Shown one piece after another: positions 13,547 through 26,401 of a stretch of DNA of 64,000 bases. The position numbers were made by a program, and so were the translations under genes. A model generated the notes under the pieces. That model did not search any database. It was not told the DNA's origin and worked only from the letters and a program-made list of their open reading frames with translations. Positions within the stretch are counted from its first letter, which is position 1; every line of letters starts with the position of its first letter. Source of the DNA: Cycas panzhihuaensis (Eukaryota; Plantae; Cycadophyta); assembly GCA_023213395.1 (NCBI GenBank), contig CM041465.1:50909741-50973740 (forward strand), in the 5' to 3' direction.

Positions 13547-13633
13547 AAGGAAGGTATGCAGACCAGTGTGGAAGCTATTCTTCTGGTACAAGAGCACAAC
13601 CACTCGCATATATTGCTATTGCAAATAAGAAAT
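13547..13633 (+). pseudogene. CFIm25: Captured fragment of pre-mRNA cleavage factor Im 25 kDa subunit (CFIm25/NUDT21)
   Basis: [29 protein letters not shown] matches the plant CFIm25 motif [29 protein letters not shown] as recalled from memory. Most differences are single transitions (R>Q, P>S, G>R). Confidence 0.88.
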
Positions 13634-14739
13634 GCCAAAAGTAGTTTTCTGAATCGTGGGTCTTAAAATGTATATATTTAGAAATGGTAAATAAAGTTAT
13701 TTCAGCTACCAACCAAGTAGCTCATGCAATAAGGATGGCTGTAGTGAAAGATATTCAGAGACAAATGGATGGCAACGTGCCTATTCTAGAGGTATAAGTG
13801 GTCAGGTTTATGTAAAATATTACAGTCAACAGAAAATTGATAAGCTTCAAAATACGCTCTTATAGTTTGGCATCACTGCATATAAACTATTCTATGCTCT
13901 TTGAGCTTCACACACTCAGCAACCACACCAAATATTTATGGTGGTTTCTTTATTATGTAACTTTCCTATTTGTGACAGGGGCCTCATAAATGCATGAAAT
14001 AGTGCTGAAGTAGTCTTTGTTAAGGGATTTAAAGCTCTGTTTTACAAGTTAAATAAGGTTGAATAAGGTTGGGCAAGGAGAATGTGATCCAACCAATGTG
14101 ATCCAACTAGCGGTGAGAAGAGGGCTTAATGTTTTGAAGTGTTGTAGTAGAGCCAAATCAATGAGGTGTGTTGGATATAGGTGGTAAATCTATCAGGAGA
14201 CTTCAATGTAACTCTAGCTTTAGCTCCACTAGGAGGCTTATTATGTATAAAAATAATAATGAAGGAATAATAATTAATAGAATATTTCAAAGAAAAATAT
14301 ATATTTGTACAATACAAATACAGATCTATAAATCTCTTATGATTTTGTTATGTAACTAATTAAATATTGGCTTACATATGATTATGTCTCGTACATGCTA
14401 CCTTGCTATTATAGCAAATATAGAAAAGTAATCAATGGAGAGGTTCTCAAGCAAAGTTGTGGAATCTGAACCCTTATGTAAGTGCCTTCCAAATTCCTTA
14501 GGGCCTTTAAAAAATCTATGAAGAAAATATGTCAAATAAATAACTTACACATATACTTGTATCTAAAATATTGTCAAATGTGTTGCAGCAAATATTTATA
14601 TCAAAGAACCAAGATATATGTATTTAGATCTAAAAAATGAAGTAAGAACCTGGAAATAAAGTTGTAGTTGGCTTTGTAGCTGAAAATAAGCTTCAAAAGG
14701 TTCCAGTAGACAAATCTTCTTCCTAACAAGTCAAATATA

Positions 14740-15130
14740 GGCAGATCTACTGTTACAAATGATTTGGTGGGTAGAATATGCACCCAAAAGCTGCAAGTCT
14801 ATAAAAAACTTAAAAATATAGTCAAAAGTATAATGAAAAATATAGATCTGAAATGAAATACAACAGATCTGAACTAAATATAGTAGAAAATGCTGAAAAA
14901 ACTTGATAAAATAAGCAGATCTTAAGCTAAATAATGTAGATCTGATGTGAGTATAGCAGATCTATAGACAAATAAATATAGATTTGAACAAATATACTAG
15001 AGAATAGTGAAAAACTTGCTGAAATAAGCAGATCTATAGACTATGTAGCAGATCTGAAGTGAAATGTAGTAGATCTTGAAGAAAACTTGTATGAGTCTTG
15101 CTTGCAGCTGAAAAACTTCACAGATCTGAG
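14740..15130. repeat. Dispersed (GC)AGATCT palindrome repeats in the E4 5' leader
   Basis: About ten AGATCT hexamers, often as AGCAGATCT, within ~390 bp. Confidence 0.85.
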
Positions 15131-15525
15131 AAAATATTCAATAAGTAGACAAAAAATGCCAAGAAATAATGAACTATATGGTAAAATATATAAATATGAA
15201 GAAAGATAGCTCAAATATGAGAAAAAAACTTGAGTAAATATAACTTGCTGTTGATCTCCTTCACAAATCTTTGAAAAAGTATAGCTTGTAGCTGAATTCC
15301 TTCATAAATCTGCACAAATCTGTGAAAAAACTGAAAAAGCACTTGTTATATCACAAAAAAAAACTCAATAATGAGTAAATCTTGATGAAAAATATATAAA
15401 AATTTGCTGCAAATTTTTCAGAAAGCAAATATAGCTAATATATCTTTCTTGTAAGAAAATTTACCGTAGAATGCCAGTAAATCATGTTGCTCTTCTTCAA
15501 AACTTTAGCAGGCCAGCAATCGTCT

Positions 15526-15893
15526 ACTCTGATACCAAATGTTGGAAAATAGAATGTAGTTCCAAGTGCTCTAATACCAAATGAAGGAAAATATGTAACT
15601 GAACTATGCTCTGATACTAAATATTGGAAAATATAGAATGTAGCTAAACTGCTCTGATACCAAATGTTGGAAATAATATTTGCAGGACTATACTCTGATA
15701 CCAAATGTAGGAAGTAGAATGTAGCTCCAAGTGCTTTGATACCAAATGTAGGAAATAGAATGGAGCTAAACTACTCTGATACCAAATGTTGGAAATAGAA
15801 TGTAGCTAAACTGCTCTAATACCAAATGTAGGAAATAGAATGTAGCTAAACTGCTCTGATACCAAATGTAGGAAATAGAATATAGCTAAACTG
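15526..15893 (-). repeat. Tandem 40-43-bp 'U5 end + PBS' array spanning the E4 5' LTR end and leader (9 PBS copies)
   Basis: PBS copies start at 15526, 15568, 15608 and 15651 (outside the LTR) and at 15692, 15733, 15773, 15813 and 15853 (inside the LTR). Confidence 0.95.
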
Positions 15894-17104
15894 AGATATA
15901 ATAAATTTTAATATATTCAAAATAATAGTATTGCATCAAATATTCAATACAAATCTATATAACAATGTAGCAATATAGATCGATGTTGAACAAATGAACT
16001 ATGAGAGCATGATAGCATTGTCTTCAATCCATTGTTATTGAGAGCATGACAAATATCCTCAAAGAAGGCGGTGTCTAAAAGACACCAAGGTTGTACACCC
16101 CATAATATAAATAATTTTGGGGGAGGAGGGAAACTCCTCAACCCCTGAATTCAAATTAATAATAAAATAATATAACTTAACTCAAATTAACATTAACTTA
16201 TCTTAACTTACCTACATGTGTTTTAGCATCACATGTGTAAATTAAGATGCACAATCCTGGTAGGTAAGAGGGAGTTGAGTGATGACATTACACTCCAATA
16301 ATTTTAAATGAAACTCAATTTTTTTTTTCATCAATATCACCATCATGATCTTTACAGCCTTTAAAAACATTAGAAAATTCTAAAAATCTCTGTCATTTTA
16401 TCTTTAAAATATGTCTTGCAATCACTCATTTTGACTATCTTAAAATTCTCTTTTCAACACAACTAATTGTTAATGTGTCATAAAAAATCATGTAGTCCTT
16501 AAGAAAATGAGTTTAGCTCCTTTTAGTGGGGCTCTTGGCCATACTAGCTTCTTCACATGACCGATTATTGATGCCTTGAGGGCTTACCGATGAACTTCAT
16601 AAAAGATTAAAATTTGATTAAATATATCAAAATATCATGTTTGCTTAATAACACACACCTCTTTATTTTGCTACATATCTACTAGTACAAACCTACTCCT
16701 ACCTATTTTATATAAATCATTCATTGATAGAATGAGTTCTCATATCATGCAACATGCCTTTAACTAAGTGCATTTACTGCTACTAATTATGAGATTATAT
16801 AAGATGGTTGGTGTGAAGAAATATAAAAATGTGTATGTATTATGAATTATTGGATCTTACTCATACATAACAAGTAATAATAAAGAATACAAGTACACAA
16901 GACGTAAGATTTATATGGCAAACTATTTCAAGAAAAAAAACCATATAAGAAAATTAGTCGATTATATTTTTTTAAATCTTGATTTATACATGCTCCTTGA
17001 TATGGGTTGACTCATATTATAAATGCCACCTAAGGATTTATATAAAACCCTAAATGGCACATTAACCAATGGTTATAACTCTTGGTATTTATAACTTTTA
17101 GCTT

Positions 17105-20100
17105 TATTAAACCTTTATGTTTAAATGTTAAGTATTGTACTTTATATTGTAATATAATATACTTTATATAAGGGTGCTTTACTACCTAATGTGATAAAGT
17201 ACACAACTACATTCTTTCTAATAGTATAATGTTATGAGTTGAGGGCCAATGTTTTGTACATGTAAGTGCACATGGGTAAAGATATACATGATTGATAAGA
17301 GTTAAACAAGTAACTCTCTGAGGTTCCTCCTCCTTGTTTATATATTAAGACCATTTCTCTTTTAGATAATAAGAATGTAAGGTATTGTATTGTTATATTG
17401 ATCATTTGAATATAAGATAATCTTATTTATTTGAAGAGAGGATCAATTCCTATTCCTCTATATCTTGTATCTTTCATATACTTAATTTATTCTTACTTTA
17501 TTACTTAGTTGCTTATCTTCATAGTGCTATTGATGCGATGTTAATTATCTTATTATCTTAGCACACTCCCTCTCCATAAGATCCTAAGCTATGTTTCATT
17601 ATCATTTTATATTAGAGTTAAATGCTTAACTCAACATTTGATATTAGAGCTAATTGGAGAGGAGTTTTTTATTATTTTCATGTTTGAAGAAGAGAGACCA
17701 GACCCTCAGTGATGACCTTCACTTTCTAAATGTAATCCAAGATTAGTTTGGTTTGTTTTTAGTAGTTTCTTTATTATTTTAAAGCTTTTGCAGGTTGGAA
17801 ATTACTAGATTTAATTTCTAGATTTTTTAAAAGTTTATTTAATATGTGCAATAAAGAAAAAATATACATATAACTAATTTTTCTTTATTTTTATAATTAC
17901 AAAAAAAAAAAAACTCCACAAAATTTGCACTCTAATTACTACAAGATCTCTTCTACTAGCTGAAAATCTATCCAGATCTATTATTCTTAGTCAATTATAA
18001 TTTGCACCTATATACATACAAAGTTAAGTAGATTTCATTTAATGTTGGATATTTTTTCCAAATGAAAAATATTATTTTCTTTGATATCTTTCCCTATACT
18101 TATATTTTATGGCCTCTTGTAGGTGTGCTACCCTATCTAGACATTAAATACTAACTTTTCAAGCTATACGATTGAGTACTAAACTTTACAGATGACATCT
18201 AATCTCTCACAACCCATGCACCCAATGTGATTTCTCTCTAGTTCATTCTCACTTAATACAACACTAAACACCACCAAATTTAAGTTGTATCCTTATTGGC
18301 CTTTGATAAAGGCCTCCTTGAAGCTTTATCATGAACATGTCACTCTATAAAGAGATCAATCCAATTATTTATTCAAAATTCATCGTTGGCTCTTGTTCAT
18401 GATTTTTAATTAAATATTTCCTTTCAAAACTTTGAAAAATTACTTTAGGTTATGAAATTTATTATATAATAAGAATATACCATTTTTAATTAAACTTTAT
18501 TTTATAAAGTTTTCATTTTAAGTGACCTTTTTATGATATTTAATCACTTTTAAAGCTATTTCAAACTTTTTAAAAAATTTTAAGCTCATTAATACTTTAA
18601 AAAATTATAAATATGTTATTTGACTAAAAAATAATTTATCATTTTTTATACTTTTAATGATAAATTCACATTATATAAGGTGTTCTAAAGCTCCCTACAT
18701 GGTGACCTTCTTACCCTAGTCATTAAAAAGTGCCCCAAAAATCATTCTTTTAATATAAAATCACTTATTTTAGAGTGGTTTAGGACTATTTAACATCTTA
18801 ACATTATTTTGATGCCATGTTCTCTTGCTGCACATGATTAAAAGTGGAATTTAGTGGTTGTTCTTTCACTTAAGAATAAGCCCATTTCAAGCATAATAAG
18901 CAAGCAAGCATTTCTTCTTTAATACTTGATACTTTTTTCAATTTTTAAGTATTTTTTATACAACACTTAAAGTATTATTTTAAGCACTCAAGTAGATTTT
19001 TTTAAAGCCTTTTGTATCAATCTTTGTAAGTAGTTATAAAGTAATATTATTATCTACTTAAGCAATTTATTTTAATCTACTTAAACCCTTAAAAAATTAC
19101 TTAAAATATTTGTTAGAGAGGTCTGAAAAAGGTTCAAACCTTGCCTCTATATCTCAAGCTTAGTGTATTTCCTAATGGATGAGTTGACTATACAGTTAGT
19201 GCATGATAATTGAGATCATCTTGAAGAAAAGAAGGTTTGAAAAGGGTGTTATTAGAGCCACAAATTCTAAGGAAAACAAAGTACGACTGTGCACATCAAC
19301 TTTACCTTGCTTATTCTAGATTTAACTTGGCTAAATATAGGATCTATTTAAAAGATTAGGGTTAGACCAACTTATTACTTAGTTCTTTATCTCTTATCAT
19401 TCTATTTAATTGTTAGATCTTCTTTATAAGATCAAGGTTATAGTATGTTAGAAAGTGGAACTTAAGTAACAAAAACCTTGAGTCTCCAAGTTATTTGCTA
19501 GTGTCAAAAGCCCTTTCTTAAATAATTAGAAGAAACTAGCTACTATTACATGCTCAATGCAAGTCATATTAAGTTAAAAAATCAAGATAATTTTTAAGAA
19601 TAGAAGAAACAAACAAAAAATTTATTAATTATAAATGAATTTTAGGCTTATATATTTAGGAAAATTTCTCAACTTATTCTTGTTAAAAGCCTAATAGATA
19701 GAAAAATAATCATTTATCCTAATCTTACTTTGCTTGATACTTGAGAAGCTAAGGATGAAATTACCTTAACATTTCTTCATATGATTATGGATACTATTGT
19801 TGATCATAATATTATATCTACTTCTACTTCTAAAGAAGTTTGGGATACTTTGATTGCTTTGTATGAAAGGTTAGATGATGCTCATATTATAATGAAGAAA
19901 ACTAAATTATTTACTTTGAGATTTATTAAGCTTATGATGGACTTTTTGTCATTGATAAAAGAGATCAATCATGAATTAACTACATTAAAGAAACTAGCTT
20001 CAAATGAAGACCTTGTTATTGCCACACTTCATGCATTATCAAGGGAGTACAATGGCTTTATTTCTTCCATCACATGAGGAAGCACTCTTTGTGTAATGAC

Positions 20101-23100
20101 TTTCAATTAACTTGAAAGTTTTCTACTATGAGAGGAGCAAATCTATTCTCGTCAAGGTGAATAATCTATTTCAAATGCATTCACAGCCAAATATAAGGGC
20201 AAGCAAACTCCTAAATCTAATCTCAATAAATAGTTTAGAAACTTGAATATTGGTACATCAAAAGCTAATGATGTTTATCATTATTATGGCAAAAAGGGCC
20301 ACATTCAACCAGAGTGCCAAAATCATTAATTTGAAATGTAATAACAATAATAACACCAATCAAAATAATAGTAATAGAAAGAATAATAGCAATAGTAATA
20401 ACCACCTCATACACCAAATCGAAGAGGATTTTAAGAAGGCCACATAGGAAGGGGATTGTTTAGAGGTGGCAACTAACACCACACTAATCAATTTGCCAAT
20501 GATGATGGCAAATTATTTTGTGTCTATTATATCATAAACAATAATAGCACATATATTGTTGATTTAGGAACATCTCATCATATGACTGGTGATAAGGACT
20601 TACTTTATGTAGTTAGAGAAGGAAGAGGAAAAATAGTCACTTTAGGTAATAATGAGACTATACAGATATCTGGAGTGGGTAAAAGTGCCTCTTTCCACTT
20701 ACCATATTATCCTTTTATAATATTTCCTATAAGTGATGCCTATTCAGTACCTTTAATATATAAAGCCTTCTCTTTATTAGCTAACTAATAAGTAATAAAT
20801 AACTATCTTATTTAAGGGGTAAAATGTATTATTAGTGATAGAAATAATCAAGTGATTGTTATTGGTCATGAAGACCATGACTTTTACAAATTATATGCAT
20901 TAAACATAATACTTAATACTTCTCCTACATATTTTGTTTCATAGTCGCTACCCAAAGAATAACTTTGACACAACAAGCTAGACCACTTGAGCCTAGACAA
21001 CATTAAAATAATGTTTAGTAAAAGTATGGTGTATGGGCTTTTAAAGATTTCTATCTAAATGCCTTTATGAAGCTTATATTATGGGGAAATAATATTGAGT
21101 GCCTTTTCTTAAATACAAAGTATGATGTACATCATAACCATTATAATTAGAACATAAAAAATTATGTTGACCTATGTCCACACCATCTCTTAAAGGAGCA
21201 CTTTAGAGCATCACTTTTATTGATGACTTCTCATATAAGGTTTTAGTTTATTTTATCAAATATAAATTTAAGGTATTAGAAAATTTTAAACAATTCAAAC
21301 TTGCTATGGAAAATAAAGTAGATCTACTAATCAAAATACTGAAATCTAATAATAGGAGTGAATTTATTTCAAAGGAATTTAACTAGTTTTATAGAGATCA
21401 CAGGATCCAGTGACAACCTACTGCTCCATATACACCTTAGTAAAATGAAGTAGTTGAAAGGATGAACAAGACCTTGCAAAGTAAAGCTAAAGCCATGATG
21501 CATACAAAAGGGGCTTCCACTTTCTTATTAGATAGAAGTATTTCATACAATAACTTATGTTGCTAATATGAGCCCTACTATAACAGTCGTTGACATGATA
21601 CTAAAGGAGGCTTGGTTTAGTAAAGAGTCAACTATTAGCCATTTGTGTACTTTTAGGTACACTATATATATGTATATTCCCTAATAATAAAGGAAAAAAT
21701 TAGATAATAAAAGTCTAAAACATATTTTCATTGGTTACTCTATTAACTACATAGTATATAAAATGTATAATTCCACTTTTAAAAAAATGCATATATCTAG
21801 AGATATTATTTTTGTTGAGGATAATGAGGAGATGGAACTAATATACATCCATATTTCTCTTGACAAAGGCAGATAAATTGTTGAGGATTTCCTTCCCTCA
21901 TAATCTTCTACACCATGTTTATCTTTTTCACCTATTGTTTCTTTGTCACATTCAATTCCATCATCATCATCATTGATACCTCTTGACCTTGGTAAACATT
22001 TATTGACCTACCACTTTAAGCCCATCATATTAAGGTTATTACTTCCACACTGAAGAAGTTACCCAAATAGTACACTCAGATAATATAAGATGCACAAGTC
22101 ATAAAAGGAAAATATCCATCCAAAATGCAATAATAAGTAAACAATTATGCACTTATAACTGATATACTTTGTATTGATGAGCTTACTTTTGAGACTAATA
22201 AAAGTGAAAAGTAGAAAGTTGTTGTGGAAAACCTTTCTATTGGAAAGAATGAAACTTCAAATTTGGTAAAATTACTTACTAGGAAATAAACAAACATATG
22301 CAAAAGGAGACATAAAACCAAATTTTAATCTAATAGTTCTATTGAGCATCAAAAAGCTTAATAGATAGCCAAAGGATTCAAATAGAAAGAAAGCATTAAT
22401 TATGAAGCAACCTTTGCACCTAGGATAAATATGAATATCATCAAACTAGTATTATCCAAAGCTACTCAATTGAAGTGGCTAATCTATCAAATGGATATAA
22501 CAAGTGCCTTTCTAAATAATGACACTATAATAGAGGAATATTTGGAGAAACCTCCTAGTTAATACAACATATTGGTATCAAAGTTAACATTATAAACATT
22601 TTAGGGGGGGGAGGGGAGGAGGTATTAGACCTTTATATTTAAATGTTAAGTATTATACTTTATATTGTAATGTAATTCACTATATATAAAGGTGCTTTAC
22701 TACCTAATGTGATAAAGTATACACCATATTCTTTCTAGTAGCATAATGTCATGACTTGAAAGTCAATGTATCCCTTATGCACTTTTAGCCATGGGTCAAG
22801 GCAAGCATATTAGATAAGTGTAAAACATGTATCCCCCTAATGTTCCTCCTTCTTATCTATATATTAGGACCATTTTTCATGTAGATAATAAGAGTGTAAG
22901 GTATTGCATTGTTATGTTACTTATTTGAATACAAGACAATCTTATTTATTTAAAGGATCAATTTCTACTACTCCATATCTTATATCTTTCATATACTTGA
23001 TTTATTACTTAGTTATTTAGCTTTATAGTGCTATTAATATGATGTTAATTATATTATTCTCTTAGCATACTCTCTCTCTCTAAGAGATCTTAGGTTGTGT

Positions 23101-23142
23101 TTTATCATCATTTTATATTAGAGTTGAATGCTTAACTCAATG
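17105..23142 (+). mobile_element. E6: Ty1/copia retrotransposon, internally deleted, inserted in the 3' LTR of E5
   Basis: LTRs 17105-17636 and 22623-23142; PBS TGATATTAGAGC 17639-17650; G-rich PPT 22603-22622; TSD AGCTT/GGATT (the uninterrupted E5 LTR reads GGATT). Confidence 0.9.
19550..22600 (+). pseudogene. gag-pol: E6 gag-pol pseudogene (Gag, Zn knuckle, PR, IN, N-terminal RT; most RT/RNase H deleted)
   Basis: SKEVWDTL (Gag); YYGKKGHIQPEC (knuckle ~20280-20320); IVDLGTSHHMT (protease ~20555); TFIDDFS and YTP**NEVVERMNKTL (integrase); QMDITSAFLN (RT ~22490). Start coordinate is approximate. Confidence 0.88.
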
Positions 23143-23839
23143 GGATTAATATTAATTAGTCACCATTTAGTATTAACTATAAATGGTTAACCTTAACTCC
23201 CATTCAAATATCCCCCTCTAATATAAAAGTGGGAATTTAGTTTATATCTTAAAATCTTTGGTAAAAGTTGGAATTACCCTTATTATCTTCTTTGCATTTG
23301 ACATATCCCCCCTCAAGGATAATTTTGTTAAGTTTCTAAATTGATGCACATCAAGCATTGATGCACCCAATGTTGTGAAAAATTGGTTCTTAATAACCAA
23401 ATCTACCACCAAGATCTATTCTATTTTGTAATAAAAATAAGATTTGAAACTCTAATCAAATGCAAGTATATAAACTAGAGATCGTTCAATATATACACAA
23501 GAAAATCATAAACATTACTAAGTACACTTGATTTAATGTGATAAAACCCTAGTAGGGTGCTAGGAAAATATCCACATAAGAAAGGTATCAAGCTTTATTG
23601 ATCAAGAATGGAAATCTATATAATAACCACCATAAAGTTCTTACAATAACAACAACAACAACCCCCAAGCAAAAATTACCTAATTTAGGTTACATAAAGA
23701 GTATTATAAGAAGGTATAAAATCTCAACTATCAGATCTAGGGCCTTTTTGATGAACAACCCTAATTATCTTTACTATTTGTTAGGTTTTAAATCCTAAAA
23801 TTTTACTTAGGGGGATACTACTCTCAAACCCTTATTTAC

Positions 23840-23874
23840 GAGGAGGAGAGGGGAGGGGGAGGGGGGGGAGGGGG
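23840..23874 (+). repeat. Purine/G-run tract (potential G-quadruplex)
   Basis: GAGGAGGAGAGGGGAGGGGGAGGGGGGGGAGGGGG: four or more runs of 4+ G. Confidence 0.7.
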
Positions 23875-26325
23875 TATTTTTGATACCTCTATATACCCCT
23901 TGGCTAAGGGAGGTTGTCGCTACCCTTGATTCCCCCCAAGGAAGTTAGTGGAGAAAACCATACTAAAAATAAATCAAAATTTTAGCTTCCTTATACATTG
24001 TTATCAGATACCTAACACCTAATTTAAATCATGAATAAGTGTTATATAATCTAGAGTTAATGATAATTCTATCAACCCATGTTTGTAAACTTCATTCATT
24101 TACGTCTCCTTTATATCACTCTTATCAATAGTTAATATGCCCATTTCTATAAGGCATCTTGAATCCACCTCTTCTACGAATTCTCTCAATGTTATACCTT
24201 TGTAAAAATCTCTATACTTATAAATGGGCTTAGCACTTTCTCTTAGAACTTTGCAAAGGCTACCTAGTAATGGATTCATACCACACAAACTAGATCTTGA
24301 ATGGCTTCATAATGACTTGAGACATGATATTTGATTATGTTTTAAATATTTACCCCCTTTCAAACACTCTAAGACAGTTTCCTAATGCTTTAAATAAGGC
24401 TTTTATGCTTTGTATATTACCTTCATACTTTATGTTGACTTCGCATACTACATATATAGCCTCACACTTCATATGTATGGTCTCTATGGTTAGTACATAA
24501 CTTTATACTCTCCAAATACATAACATTACCTCTCACTTGCATCATAATCTTTTAAAAGAATTTTTTATATTAATTCACTTGCCCATATATTTTTAAGTAA
24601 ATAATAAGAATAGCATTATCACTTGATCTAATACACATGTAAAGCATCATACCACCCATAGTAGTTCAAAAAAATTTATAGCCTACTCCATCAAAATATA
24701 TGTTCACATTCTAAATAAGCTCTAAACTAAACTCTCATCAAGTAGGATCATCATATGATGTCTCCATGTTAGAATGAGGTTTCAACATAATTAGTTTACA
24801 TATGGTTTTTCTATTAACTTTCACGACATCAGAGTGTTTTTCATGCAACTTAATGTAATGAACATGACCTCTAAACCAATAATAAATAAGCTTTGAATTA
24901 GTTTTCATGCCTTGTAACATGCTCAAAATCATCTCCACTCCTTGAATCCTTTAAGTCCATGCTTCTAACCAATGATTAAATTATTCATCGATTAAGAATT
25001 TTTACTCCAACATGTAATGGCTTCATCCAAAGAGATATGGGTGCAATTTTTTAAGGTATACATGACTTTTAAAAATACATGAAGAAGAATAATTAATAAC
25101 TATGATCATAACTTTAGGTTTATAATCTTAGAGAAGAATATAATCTTGATTATAAATAATAACATCTCTAATAAATCATGATATATCATACTAGTATTTC
25201 CACTAGTATAAATAGACCAACAACCTTCAAATAAGAGAATTAACTCTAAAACAAACATATAAACATCTATATATAATAGAATGCAACACTATACCATAAA
25301 CATGAGTTTTAAAACTCCTCAAATTGATCTAATCATACCCATTAAAGGTGCCAATAGCCTCTTTGTTATCTAGACATAAGATTTGATTCCAAACATACTT
25401 AAACAACCTTTAAATAGAGACTAACACTCTTAAGATGAGGCCAATAGAGCCTAGTACTATTATATCACCTTTAAAATTATCCTAATAGGCATATGGAGTG
25501 CCCAACCAACCCTAAATGGCTTTAACAAGAACCTAACATGATTTAAATAGTGTACCTAATATTGATTTAAGACCTTAAACAATGAGAAAACCTTATTAAT
25601 AGGTGAAGTCCACCTCCTTGGTCACTATTACACCACTGTGTCACTCTTTTGGTTATTAGAGAAGATTAAAAATTAATAGAATTAGACTCTACCAATATTA
25701 CCAAGTAGCCTTTGATCTTATCACATTTACCTAATATAGCCTCAACTATATATTCTATTTAGCTCTAATACCATGTGAAAAAATATAAAAAAATATATGT
25801 ATTCTAAACTATAGGATCTTAATCATATATACTAAGTAATAATAAAGAGCATAGGTACAAAAGATGTAGGACTTGTATGGGAAATCCTTTTAGGAAAATT
25901 CCTACATAGGAAAATTAGCCAACTATATTTTTCTGATCTTGATTAATACTTCTTTCTTGATATAGGTTAACCCATATTATAAATGCCACTTAGTGTTTAT
26001 ATAACATCCTAAATTATGTATTAACTAATAACTAAAACTCTTAGTATTCATGCCCTTTGGATTAACATTAATTAATCACCACTTAGCAATAATCACAAGT
26101 GGTTAATCTTAACTACCACTCTAATAGTCAATCTCACAAAATTTCAACCACTTCTATAAGGGGCTAGCCTATATTAGTGAATTAATCTAGAAACAATTTT
26201 CTTTACCACATCATATTTGGTGAACTTCTTTAACACCTACAAGCTTTAAATATATAGTACATATATGATAAAAATAGATATTCATATAAATTTAATAATC
26301 AATATACCATTAATTTGTTGTATTT

Positions 26326-26328
<3 letters not shown>

Positions 26329-26400
<72 letters not shown>
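26329..26400. repeat. Compound (TA)n(CA)n microsatellite in the E2 leader
   Basis: Direct reading. Confidence 0.97.

Positions 26401-26401
<1 letters not shown>

Larger units (their letters stand above)
8718..16300 (-). mobile_element. E4: gag-only copia-type LTR element with multi-PBS LTRs, nested LINE and captured gene fragments
   Basis: LTRs 8718-9357 and 15665-16300 are highly similar; PBS 15651-15662; PPT 9358-9368; perfect TSD ATTTT (8713-8717, 16301-16305). Confidence 0.95.
16812..26126 (-). mobile_element. E5: degenerate LTR retrotransposon nested in E2
   Basis: 3' LTR 16812-17104 + 23143-23210 (split by E6) aligns with 5' LTR 25774-26126. PBS 25762-25773; PPT from 23211. Flanks GTTGG/GTCAA are compatible with an ancestral GTCGG. 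Confidence 0.82.

Noticed and set aside
13484-13666. 60-aa ORF as a functional CFIm25 gene
   Set aside because: Only 29 codons match, the Nudix core is absent, there is no ATG start, and it lies inside a retroelement.
15526-15893. CRISPR-like repeat-spacer appearance of the arrays here and at 8745-8946
   Set aside because: The 'repeat' is the tRNA-iMet PBS plus LTR terminus, the 'spacers' are homologous to each other and to U5, there are no cas genes, and the context is eukaryotic.
19125-19320. GGTTCAAACC B-box-like motif suggesting a tRNA/SINE
   Set aside because: No A box at proper spacing, no cloverleaf, and no tail or TSD recognisable.
22565-22585. CAACA-TAT-TGGTATCAAAG resembling an LTR end + PBS next to the E6 PPT
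   Set aside because: More simply the RNase H C-terminus (QHIGIK; compare ENLGIL before the E9 PPT) retained after an internal deletion.
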